Shown here in pieces: positions 25,003-35,895 of a stretch of 64,000 nucleotides of DNA. How positions within the stretch are numbered: position 1 is the stretch's first letter; the number at the start of each line of letters is the position of its first letter. A model generated the notes under the pieces. That model saw only the letters and a list, made by a program, of their open reading frames with translations. It did no database searches and was not told the DNA's origin. The stretch lies in assembly GCA_951406725.2 (NCBI GenBank), contig OX597817.1, positions 66,712,001 through 66,776,000 of the forward strand. The letters are read 5' to 3'. Made by a program: the position numbers and the translations under genes. The DNA comes from Octopus vulgaris. Taxonomy: Eukaryota.

Positions 25003-25556
25003 CTAAAGAAAAAAAGCAGAGATGGAGTTTATCAGAAAAAAGTCATCACTCTCAATTGTAATGTGTATAAAACTCTCACCTCACACACTTCCCATGTACA
25101 CACATGTATCAATCTGATATTTTTATCAAGCTCATCATCTGATTTTCAACAAGTTTTTCTAAGCTGTTACTTAAACCTTAATGAGAATATATATGAGCTG
25201 TCAGCTACAATGAAGCTAATAACTGAAACTGATAATAAAATTATAATAGAACATTTGTTTTTGTCCCACAATTAACTTGGATGTAAACATATCCATGATG
25301 GTAAAAATCAAAATGTGTTTTCATATATTGAATATAATTATTAATTCACATAAGTATAGTGTGATATTTTCAGTAATAAGGTTGTAATACAACAAAAAAA
25401 TGCAATAATAGGATTACAGTGCAGTGAAGAAGTGGGCCGGAGGATAAGAGTGGGCAAAATTGGAACACAACCTTTATAGTTTTATAGTCTAATTCTAATA
25501 TTTACTTCTATATTATTGGTGAGACTGAAAAACAGCCAAACAACTACAGAACTTAC

Positions 25557-25598
25557 CTCCTTCACAATATGTCATAACAATATAGAGCCGTCCGGATT
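25557..25598 (-). CDS. NEK1: NEK1-like exon 4 (ESGRLYIVMTYCEG)
   Basis: ttctag acceptor, gtaagt donor, 42 nt, phase 1-1; gatekeeper/hinge region. Confidence 0.93.
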
Positions 25599-25782
25599 CT
25601 AGAAGTAAACAAAAGTATAATTAACAGAAAAGATAAAAAATTGATATGAAGTTCTAGATATGATATCAAGGTTTATTCTACAATGAAGAAGATGCTGAAA
25701 GAGAAATTCATGTGTGTGAATTAGGTGAATGACAGAGGAACAGGAATTGAGTAATTAACTCCATTAGCTTACAGCTGTTTCT

Positions 25783-25979
25783 TATTTCTTTATTGTCGAC
25801 AAGGGGCTATACATAGAGGGGACAAACAAGAACAGACAAAGGGATTAAGTTGATTACATCGACCCCAGTGCATAACTGGTACTTATTTAATCAAACCTGA
25901 AAGGATGAAAGGCAAAGTCGACCTCAGCAGAATTTGAACTCAGAACGTAGTGTGTTAACGTTTCTGCCAGCTCGCCACC
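25783..25979 (-). mobile_element. Third SINE family with an 18-bp target-site duplication
   Basis: TAGCTTACAGCTGTTTCT at 25765-25782 and 25980-25997; B-box GAGTTCAAATTC followed by a GACTTTGCCTTTCATCCTTTC core. Confidence 0.85.
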
Positions 25980-26077
25980 TAGCTTACAGCTGTTTCTGCA
26001 ATATAAAGCAATGTGCCCAAAGCTGAGTGCTTGTGCATCATTTTATAGCTTTCACATAGCCTTAAAAAAATTGTTAA

Positions 26078-26158
26078 GGTTCTGAAGATGTTATAAGATG
26101 ACACACAAGCATTCAGCTCTAGGTGCATTGCTTCTTATAGCTGAAAAAACTGTAATCT
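26078..26158 (+). ncRNA. Degenerate Penelope-type hammerhead with long stem II
   Basis: CTGAAGA at 26082; stem II GTTATAAGA/TCTTATAGC; then GAAAAAACTGTA. The opposite arm of the inverted repeat keeps the canonical GAAACAGCTGTA. Confidence 0.55.
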
Positions 26159-26621
26159 AATGAAGTTGATAATATAATTCTTGTTCCCTTGTCATTCATT
26201 TAATTCATATTACACAATCTACTTGTCTAATGCTTTATTCTGAAGCATATGTATATTGAATTCTGACAACAGCAAAAATCAGTATGAGTGTGTGTGTGTG
26301 TGTGTGTTGTAGATATACAGGGTGCGATGGGTAAATTGTCGCCATTTTATATTTTTCAGTGTTATTGAATCAAAGTCACTTTAAATAAAACTCGATTCAA
26401 TAAAATTATGCACAAACACTATACTTTGAATGACCAATTTTAAATACTATAGAAACTTACTCACAAGGTATTGGAATCTTATATGTATACTATTCTGTCT
26501 AAAGAATGGATCTACAGATGCAATATCCATGCATATCTCACATCTATTTTCATTCCTTCACTTCACTCTCTATTTCATATCTTATCTAAATTAACTATTG
26601 CTTAACCATTTTCTCACACCA

Positions 26622-26667
26622 TCTCCATTGAAGGGATATATAAAATATCCCGGAAACATCTGTAAGA
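26622..26667 (+). ncRNA. Degenerate Penelope-type hammerhead
   Basis: TCT-(CCATTGA)-A-GGGATAT-ATAAA-ATATCCC-G-GAAA-CATCTG-TA-AGA: stems I, II and III present; core mutated. Confidence 0.5.
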
Positions 26668-26899
26668 CCTTCTATTTATAAATGTTCTAAAATTTTTCAT
26701 AGCCTTGGATTTTTGTCTCATTCTGAAAATTTTTTATATATACACATGCTGATATATGACCTATGATGGACTCCTTATTCACATAATCACCGAACCTGGA
26801 GCTTAACTATGGTCTGTCCATAGCACTTACTCAGCATTACCTGAGACCTTTGGGTCCTTGTGACACCATTACCTCTCATAACTTCCATATATATATGCA

Positions 26900-26939
<40 letters not shown>

Positions 26940-26942
<3 letters not shown>

Positions 26943-27726
26943 ATATATAAACGGCAGTTTATCTGTCTGTGTGTCTGTCAGGTTGTATCCTCACCCTGAC
27001 CACGGCTTTCAACCGATTCTGGTGAAACTTGACACACACGTAGCCCAATGTCATAATTCAAAACTAACGCAGCGAAAATTTTGAAAAGTTCCCCAGTTCT
27101 GAAAAAAAATCGATAAATTCGACATGGGTCGAGAATCTAAACTTTTTATATGCAACACATTTTCTACAGACTGTCTAGGGGACGCAACTCGACCTTTTTA
27201 ACTCTCGGAACACGTTGGGTAAGTATCCCAAAATGTATAAAAATGTACAAAAACGGCAAAAAAGCAGGCAGCAATGTGAGTGACAACAACGAAAAAGTCA
27301 AAAGTGACCAAACTGAACAAATGAATGGAAAAAGGTTTTTTGATGCACACGACAAAAGCGGTTTATAATAAACCAAGAGTTTGCAAGTAGCGTCCGAGGA
27401 CCCTTAGGGTACATCAAAAATTTAAGGTAAAACGTTTGGGGTGGTAGTTATAAAGAAAGTGTAAACAAAAAAAGTATTTGAACAACTTGCGGCTGCAGCA
27501 GCTATAAGCAGAAGTTGGGGGTAAAGTCTCGAATGTAATTTCTTCCTGGTAGGAATTGGTTGGGTTGAATTATCGATAGCTGTTTGATAGTTATTTAGGA
27601 GTGAAGAGAAGACATTGCAACCTACACATGCGCCTTCGTTCCCTAGAGGGAAAGGACTAGATTGGGATTAGTCGTTGCCTACTAGGGGCTCTTACATACC
27701 CAGGCAACGCTGGGCTATGCTGCTAG
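26940..27726 (+). mobile_element. Non-autonomous Helitron
   Basis: 5' TC start, 3' hairpin CCCAGGCAACGCTGGG followed by CTAG, inserted between A and T. Confidence 0.8.
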
Positions 27727-27730
27727 TATA

Positions 27731-30490
27731 AGCTAAAGAACCCTTCACATGGTCAGAGATTTAGGGACATCCTCATCAAGAAATTTGATGAGAGGGAGGA
27801 GGAGCTACAGACGTCGGACATAGAAGGTAGCTGGAAATTCCTACGGGACAGCTTGCTGAGTGCCACAGACCAAGTCTGTGGATGGTGCAAAGTCCCTTCC
27901 AGACCTAGAGTTACATGGTGGTAGAATAGTGCAGTAGACAAAGCCATTAGTGCAAAGAAACAGGCCTGGAAAGCCTGGAGGGATGGGGGTAGCAGGGAAC
28001 TGTACCAGGTAGCCAAAAGGGAGGCTGGGTGGCAGGTATACATAGCCAAAGATGTAGCAGAAAAGAAGAAGTTTGCCAATGTCCAGCGACGTGAGGACCA
28101 AAGAACTGAGGTATTTCGGATTGCTAGACAGTGTGTGAGAGAAAATAGTGATGTTACAGGAGAGAAATGTGTCCGCATGGATGACGGGGCACTTGCTTTT
28201 AATGACGGTGAAAAGAAAGAGGCTTGGAGAAGCCATTATGAAAGACTGCTGAATGTGGAGAATGAATAGGAGGAGAGCCTGCGAAATGTTGACCCAGTAG
28301 AGGGACCAGCAATCCGAATAGACAGCTCCCTTGTAGTTAAGGCAATTAATGGTATGAAACCAGGTAAAGCCCCCGGCCCATCAGGAATCACTGCTGAGAT
28401 GCTTAAAACAGCTGGTTATGTGGGCTATGGCCTAGTCACCCGCATTGTAAACCAGGTAGTTCATAATGGAGTAATACCCAATGACTGGCGTAGCAGCACC
28501 ATAGTCAACTGCTACAAGCGTAAGGGTGATGCTCTAGATAGAAATAACTACAGGGGTATTAAACTGTTGGATCAGGTGATGAAGGTCTCAGAGAGGGTCA
28601 TAACCAATCTCATTAGGGAGAGAATTTGCTTAGATGAGATGCAGTTCGGTTTTGTGCCAGGTAGATGCATCACTGATGCTATATTCCTGGTCCAACAACT
28701 GCAGGAGAAGTACCTAGCTAAAGATAAACCCCTCTACATAGCTTTTGTGGACTTGGAAAAAGCCTTTGACAGGGTCCCCCGATCCCTTATCTGGTGGTCG
28801 ATGCGGAAACTGGAGATTGACGAATGGCTAATAAGGGCTGTACAGGCCCTATACAGAGAGGCTGTCAGCAAGGTTAGGATTGGCAACGAATATAGTGAAG
28901 AATTCCGGCTAGAAGTAGGTGTACACCAAGGCTCAGCTCTCAGTCCCCTTTTATTCATCATAGTCCTCCAGGCAATAACAGAGGAATTCAAAACAGGTTG
29001 CTCCTGGGAGCTCCTCTATGCTGATGACCTGGCCCTCATAGCGGAATCACTACCGGAACTAGAAAAGAAATTTCGGGTGTGGAAGCAAGGGTTAGAATCA
29101 AAGGGCCTTAGAGTAAATGTAGCAAAGACCAAAGTTATAGTAAGCAGAAAGGCGAACTCAGCACACACCCCATCGGGCAGGTGGCCCTGCTCGATCTGTA
29201 GGAAAGGCGTAGGTAGAAACTCCATAAGATGCACCCAGTGTAAGCTATGGACGCATAAGAGGTGCAGCAACATCAAAGGGAAATTAACTGATAAGATAGC
29301 TTTCATGAGCGGCAGATGCACAGGGACAATAGACACCACAAATACTCAGAAAACAGATTCCATCACACTCCAGGGGGAGAAACTAGAAGTAGTCGATAGT
29401 TTCCACTACCTGGGTGACCAAGTTAGTAGTGGAGGTGGATGCTCAGAGAGTGTCACCACTAGAATACGAATAGCCTGGGCAAAGTTTAGAAAGTTCCTAC
29501 CCCTACTGGCAACAAAGGGTCTCTCACTCAGAGTGAAAGGTAGATTGTATGATGCATGTGTGCGAACTGCCATGCTTCATGGTAGTGAAACATGGGCCGT
29601 GACTGCAGAGGACATGTGTAGACTTGAAAGAAATGAAGCTAGCATGATCTGCTGGATGTGTAATGTCAGTGTGCATGCACGACGGAGTCTAAGCACCCTG
29701 AGAGAAAGGTTGGACATAAGAAGCATCAGATGTGGTGTGCAAGAGCGACCCTTGCAATGGTATGGTCATGTACTGCGGATGGATGAGGAGAGATGTGTGA
29801 AGAAGTGTCGCTCCCAAACAGTTGAAGGAATCAGGGGGAGAGGTAGACCCAGGAAGACATGGGATGAAGTAGTCAAGCATGACCTCAGAGCGTTGGGCCT
29901 CACTGAAGCAATGGCGAAGGACCGAGATCTCTGGAGATATGCTGTGACTGCAAAGACCCGGGCTGCTTCCTGCACCAGTTCCGCATAGCCCCTGCCCATT
30001 CAAAGTAGCTTGGAGTCCAGAACATCCTGCTGTGCTTGAGGAGACCTGTTGAGTCATGAACATGAACATCAAAATAAATATCAATGGAAATAGTAGTTGT
30101 GATACCTGTGCCGGTAGCACATAAAAAGCACCATCCGAACGTGGCCGATGCCAGCGCCGCCTCGACTGGCATTTGTGCCGGTGGCACATAAAAAGCACCA
30201 TCCGAATGTGGCCGATGCCAGCGCCGCCTTGGCTAGCTTCCGTGCCGGTGGAACGTTAAAAGCACCAACCGATCGTGGCCGATGCCAGACTCCCCTGGCA
30301 CCTGTGCTGGTGGCACGTAAAAAGCACCCACTACACTCGCGGAGTGGTTGGCATTAGGAAGGGCATCCAGCTGTAGAAACACTGCCAGATCAGACTGGAG
30401 CCTGGTGCAGCCCCTGGCTTCCCAGACCCTGGTCGAACCGTCCAACCCGTGCTAGCGTGGAAAACGGACGTTAAACGATGATGATGATGA
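27731..30490 (+). mobile_element. RTE-clade LINE, 5'-truncated, with RT and an internal PHD-type zinc finger
   Basis: ORF 28354-29988 has RT motifs (DLEKAFD, GVHQGSALSP, YADD) and the RTE C-terminal WYGHVLR...RGRGRPRKTW; upstream part has in-frame stops; 3' UTR has a repeat array and a (GAT)n tail. Confidence 0.92.
28354..29988 (+). CDS. Reverse transcriptase ORF of the RTE LINE (544 aa)
   Basis: Uninterrupted RT motifs; no endonuclease domain in this copy. Confidence 0.88.
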   Translation: MKPGKAPGPSGITAEMLKTAGYVGYGLVTRIVNQVVHNGVIPNDWRSSTIVNCYKRKGDALDRNNYRGIKLLDQVMKVSERVITNLIRERICLDEMQFGFVPGRCITDAIFLVQQLQEKYLAKDKPLYIAFVDLEKAFDRVPRSLIWWSMRKLEIDEWLIRAVQALYREAVSKVRIGNEYSEEFRLEVGVHQGSALSPLLFIIVLQAITEEFKTGCSWELLYADDLALIAESLPELEKKFRVWKQGLESKGLRVNVAKTKVIVSRKANSAHTPSGRWPCSICRKGVGRNSIRCTQCKLWTHKRCSNIKGKLTDKIAFMSGRCTGTIDTTNTQKTDSITLQGEKLEVVDSFHYLGDQVSSGGGCSESVTTRIRIAWAKFRKFLPLLATKGLSLRVKGRLYDACVRTAMLHGSETWAVTAEDMCRLERNEASMICWMCNVSVHARRSLSTLRERLDIRSIRCGVQERPLQWYGHVLRMDEERCVKKCRSQTVEGIRGRGRPRKTWDEVVKHDLRALGLTEAMAKDRDLWRYAVTAKTRAASCTSSA

Positions 30491-31129
30491 TATATATATA
30501 TATTTATATATGATGATGATGATATATATATATATATATATATATATCCTAAAATAAGCATCAGGGATGTACCTTGTATAGAAGGTTAAGCATCAATAAG
30601 TCAAATATATGAACTTGTTTCAATTCTCAATTGTAATATTTTCCTTTATTTGCATAACTAAATACCTGGGAAAAGCATGAATGTTGCAACATCTGTTTTC
30701 CTCTCTCCTAAATTTAATAAGGTTGATCACCACTGAATTGATACTTTTGATTATAGACAGTCAAATAATTAGACTTAATCAGACTTCAACAAAATGAATA
30801 AAATATTGATTTCTTATACAGATACACAGAGAAGATATGTGTGTACCTTTCTGAAGGGCACTTACAACAGAAGACAGCTACATTGGAAATCATAATCAAG
30901 TCAGGAACTCAACACATTAAAAGCTTACCTCTTGTTCTACAATGTGGTATACTAAAAATAATTCATTTATTCAATGAATCATTGATGTGCACAGGCTGTT
31001 TTACTACTTTTAGAAGTAAATAATTCATGTTTCATTAATAAGCACACAAATGATAAAGCAAGGACAAACAAGGCAGAAACTTCATAATGACTGCCAAGGT
31101 TATTTTCAGAAATGATAAACCTAAATGTC

Positions 31130-31158
<29 letters not shown>

Positions 31159-31160
<2 letters not shown>

Positions 31161-31588
31161 CAGATTTGCTTGTCAGTTGTTTGACTTTAACCAGTTGAGG
31201 ATGTCCCTTAGTGGCTGACGATATGTGCATCTCTGATCACGAGCAGAAGTAGTGGGGGAGCATCATAGCCATGTGTTGAGAGGGATTCTTTGGGGTTTGA
31301 ATAGTTCACCTCTGGAAACATGGGTGGTTCTTTCAACATCCTTAAACAACCCTTATTCAGGGACCTTTTGAGCGGGATGGGCTACTCAACCTGAAGAAAA
31401 TTCTAACTGGGCCCCACCTGCAAGGTCATGTGCTGTTTATCTTGATATGAGATCACCATGTCGCACACATATGGTTGTGATGCATGTGCCTGGTGTACCC
31501 TTATCAGATGGGTAGTCATGATGGGTATATTGGGCTTCGTATATTTTACCCCAGTGTCACTTTGATGGCATGAACTGCTCTCTCACTC
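31159..31588. mobile_element. Non-coding interspersed element inserted into a (TAA)n microsatellite
   Basis: About 430-bp GC-richer block flanked on both sides by (AAT)n; no ORF. Confidence 0.5.
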
Positions 31589-31603
31589 AATAATAATAAT
31601 ACA

Positions 31604-34445
31604 TTCTTTTTATTGGCCACAAGGGCTAATATAAATCAAAACATTGAAGGACAACAAAAGACGATAAACAAAGGGTTTTGCAAAAAAAAAAAAGGTCCGT
31701 GTAAACATTTGATAATGAAAATAACAGTATAACAAGTAACAACTCTCAATAGGGGGAAGTGCTTTGAAGGTTACTCATGGAAAAAACCCATAAAAGCCAT
31801 GGGTGCCTGGTCAATAGGGCAAGAGCCCTTTCTCCTTTTATACCTTTCTTTTACAGGTGTAATCTCAGAATTAGTCCATTCATACTGGCCATTTTTCCAA
31901 CATTCACCCACTTTTCAATAAATTTGCTAGAAGACAACACTTCTCTCTCTACTCTCACCTTCCTTTTCAAGTGGAACTTGCAAAAGTTGATGAAACCTTG
32001 ACCAAAGTGGAAAGTGCTTGACTTTAGCCCTTTCAAACGGGTCCACCATACCACTTCTTTCACTGCAGCCACCAGACAAATGAAAATTGCCTTCCCTTTT
32101 TTGTTAAAGGAGGCCGGTGAGGCAATCTTCACTATGGATTCAGCTGATAGCTGGATCCATCCTACACTTGACAGCAGCTGTTTGACATAAGCCCACATGT
32201 CAGCAATACTTGGGCACTGGACGTGCAGAATGGTTTTGTCACTCTGAGCGCACCTTGGGCAGGCCTGGCTGACCGCACTTCCATACTAGTAAGGTTTATG
32301 CTGAACAGGCAGTGTACCTCGGTAGCACTGCCAGGCGAGGGACTTCTGGAAGTTATCCATGGGCCCTGGCCCAAAAGTTCTCCCAAACAGACTGCTTAGT
32401 TGATCATCATCGATGCCTAGAGTTTCCCCAAGAACATCATCGCACTTTTCCTCCACTAACCCTCTATAGAACACTAGAGTGGAACTACTACTGATCACAT
32501 TGCCCGCCTGGTGGAGGGTGATGAGTGCTTGACGGCACTCGAGGTGCCAAGCGTCCTTTCTCAGTCTACGCTTGATCCAAGATTGCAGCTCAAAGAGATG
32601 AGCTGTGGAAAGGCGAGTCTTTTGAATGGCGACCACACCTGCTCACTGTCCAGGAAATGCTTGAGATGCTGTAGCCTGAGTGCATATCTGCGCATCAGCA
32701 ACCATGGCATGCCAAGGCCTCTGTTCAGCAGCTGTTGACAGCAGATGGAGCATCTGCCTCTTCCACAGAAAGTAGAAGAATAAGTGCACCAGCTTGGTCA
32801 ACTAGCAGTTGGGACAAGGGACAATGGTCAAATGGTAATAGATGACCGATGCAATGTACGCGTTCGCCACCTCAGCTCAACCTTTCAGGGACAGCTTCCT
32901 CTTGTTCCATTTCTGGCTGAGGCTGGCCATCCTGTTCTTCACCTCGTCCCTACAGGTGCTGAGCTGCAAGCCCACTGACTTTTTTCCATGTTAATTTTCA
33001 CACCTGTCACCCCTGCATATTCACTTAGTGTCTTGCCAATCAGGTCGATATGCTTGTGACTCAACACCATCACAATGATGTCATCAGCATAGGCAGACAT
33101 GCTCTTCCCACATCCTAGATCACACAGGGCACCCTTCAAAGCCTCCAACTTTCATAGTAATGGCTCAAGAGTCAATACGTAGAGAAGGCAAGAGAGAGAG
33201 AGAGCATCCTTGGAGGACTGAATGCAAGTTGCTGAACGGCTCTGACAGGTGACCATTCACTTATATGACCAAGCAGATACTGCTGTACAAAGCAGCAATC
33301 TACCCATGGAAGACTGTTTGCGCCTTACCAGGTTGTCCACGACAAGTACCAACCTCTTGGGTAATACCTTGGCCAAAATCTTCAACTCTGCATTGATCAG
33401 AGTGATGAGCCTGAAATTTTCTATGATGTCCCCCTTGTTTGGGTCCTTTTTCAGCAGTGCCACCACACCTTAACAAAAAAAAGCATGAATTCTCCCGTTT
33501 TGTTGCCCGTTGCAACAAAAATACCTGCAAACAAGTCTGGCATTGAAATGTAAAGCTCATAGGGCAGATCATCCAAACCTGACAATCTGCCTGTTGTGCA
33601 GCTTTTCATCGCTTCCTATACTTCCCAGGTTGCTATCAGTCTTTTGCAACACTCTGGCTCGTTCAATGAGAGTCGCGACAGGCCGTCCACATACATACCA
33701 AAGTGTGCCCCGTTATCCATCCCACCGCTTGTCCCAAACAGTCAAGCAAAGTGCTGCTGAAAGGTTGCACAAATCTGCTTCGATTCAAACACCTCATGTC
33801 CATTCTGGTCCACCAATGACAGAATGGTCAACCTGTTGCCACATTTAGCCTTTGCCTTGTAGGCCCATCAAGTAGCCTTAGTCCCCTCCTTGCTTACCGA
33901 ACATGCCTTAGCTCTGACAATGGAGCCTTCATGTTTGACTTCGAATTGTTGATCAAGGGCCAACCTCGCTGCCAACACGTCAGTTGCAATGCCTGTCCTA
34001 AGATCCTCATCTAGCTTTCTAACTAAATCTCCCTCTATTTTCTTTTTTTCTACAGCTAAAGCCTTACCAATGTGAAACTGTGGATACCCTATGCTGTCCT
34101 TATCCACTAGCCTACAGAAAACTCTATCTAGGTATGATCAAGATGACCCGATGCAATTTGTCCAGGTCCACATTGGCACATTCTGGTTGTCTAGTCAATA
34201 TCTGTCAGCACCCCCCAATCAGATGCTCCCACTCCCACCCAATTGGAATGTTCGTCTAAGACAGCATTCCAATCCCCTACTAGCACTAAAGTGCGAGATG
34301 TACCCAGGAATACCTCCAGATGCTTGAAATAATTCAACTGCCCAGCACATGTTGGAGAGTAGGTAGCCACCAGTCTGAGGCACCGCCATCACTGTAGTTC
34401 ACATCCAGGACCACCAACTTAGCCTCTGGATCCAGGAAGATTGCC
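31604..34445 (-). mobile_element. Degenerate L1/Tx1-clade LINE ORF2
   Basis: Fragments KDPNKGDIIENFRLITLINAELKILAK, SAYADDI and a C-terminal Cys/His knuckle; many frameshifts; AATAAA near the 3' end. Confidence 0.82.
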
Positions 34446-35455
34446 TTTATTTTCAAATCCAGAAGCAAGCATTTGCCATTGGATATGTAATGTTATGCAT
34501 GAAAGCAGAACTGAGTATTGTAAGCATAAGCTTACATATGTAGGTGAGAAATTTGCTCTGATATGGATGTCCCATGAGACTGAATGATGAATGCCACCTG
34601 AGAAGTGAGGTGTACTATTAGTAGGGGGTGGCAGTGGCAAAGAAAGGATAAGAATTACAGTTGTGAAAGCAGATCTCAAAATACTGATACAATTGGAATA
34701 TGGTGTACAACAAATCCAGATAATCTAATCTAGCTAGAAAAAGTAGCTAAATATCCTTCAAATTACACCAAACGAACTTAAGCCTGCTCAGTGAGAGCTG
34801 ACTTGGAACAAAACAACTACAAATGTTATGGTGATGACAAGTAAACATTTTGGAAAAATAAAACTATTTTATACTTGATATTAACTGAAAAATTTGGGGT
34901 GGGACTTAAACACAGGGCAAAACTGATATCAAATTTGAATATGAAGAGAAAAAAATTTTGTACCAAGATTTAACACTAAAAATTTGAACTCAGAACAGAG
35001 AGGCATCACACAAATATCTGCAACAGCTCTGTATGGTCTTAACAGATGTTAAATGATGGTGATGATGATGATGAGGTGTATGTAAAAAGCACCCATTACA
35101 CTCTTGGAGTTTTGGGCATTAGGAAGGGCATCCAGCTGTAGAAACCATGCCAAATCAGACTGGAATCTGGTGCAGTATGATGATGATGATGAAGCAAGGA
35201 ATCCCCACCACTGCTCTACAAAGAGCAAATCTCCCTCATCTTAAAGAAAGGAAACACTATATCAAAATATAAGGTAGAATGGTTATGGGAGGAATGTTTT
35301 TGATCACAAGTTTGATTGATTACGGCTGATAGAGAACTGAACAGCAGTAGCTGTTAATATTCCAATAAATTAACTAAGTAATCATTATAAATTTATATTC
35401 AGCCATGACATTAAAAATAAAATATAAATAAAAAGTCAAGAAAACAAAAAATTAC

Positions 35456-35516
35456 CTTCAAAAGATTCTATATAGGAAACAATGTTTTTGTGTTTGAGAG
35501 TTGCCAGCATTGCGAC
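35456..35516 (-). CDS. NEK1: NEK1-like exon 3 (VAMLATLKHKNIVSYIESFE)
   Basis: Polypyrimidine + aag acceptor, gtaat donor, 61 nt, phase 0-1; HxNIV motif. Confidence 0.93.
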
Positions 35517-35706
35517 CTTGAGAAGAGAAAAAAAAAACACAAGAATAACAATAATGATTCCTAATATAGGAATATGACTACTTATTTTGGAGAACACTCA
35601 ATTATAATATTCATCCCCAGTTCTTGACTTAGTTTAATCAACTTTAGAAGCTTAACTGAAGTTGGCAGGGTTTCAACTTAGAACAAAAGGGATGTAACTA
35701 AATACC

Positions 35707-35895
35707 TGTTTCTTTATTACCCACAAGGGGCTAAACATAGAGGGGACAAACATAGACAGACATAGGTATTAAGTCGATTACATCGACCCCAGTGCGTAAC
35801 AGCTACTTAATTTATCGACCCCGAAAGGATGAAAGGCAAAGTTGACCGCGGCGGAATTTGAACTCACAACGTAACGGCAGCCGAAATACAGCTAA
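35707..35895 (-). mobile_element. Third SINE family copy
   Basis: Aligns to 25783-25979; further copies near 45800-45920 and 54190-54280. Confidence 0.8.

Larger units (their letters stand above)
25710..26212. repeat. Diverged long inverted repeat (head-to-head pLTR-like arms) split by a SINE
   Basis: Left arm (25710-25782 plus 25998-26050) is the imperfect reverse complement of 26090-26212. Confidence 0.75.

Noticed and set aside
30108-30330. CRISPR-like repeat-spacer array
   Set aside because: Eukaryotic context, no cas genes, spacers are related to each other, and it lies in a LINE 3' UTR.
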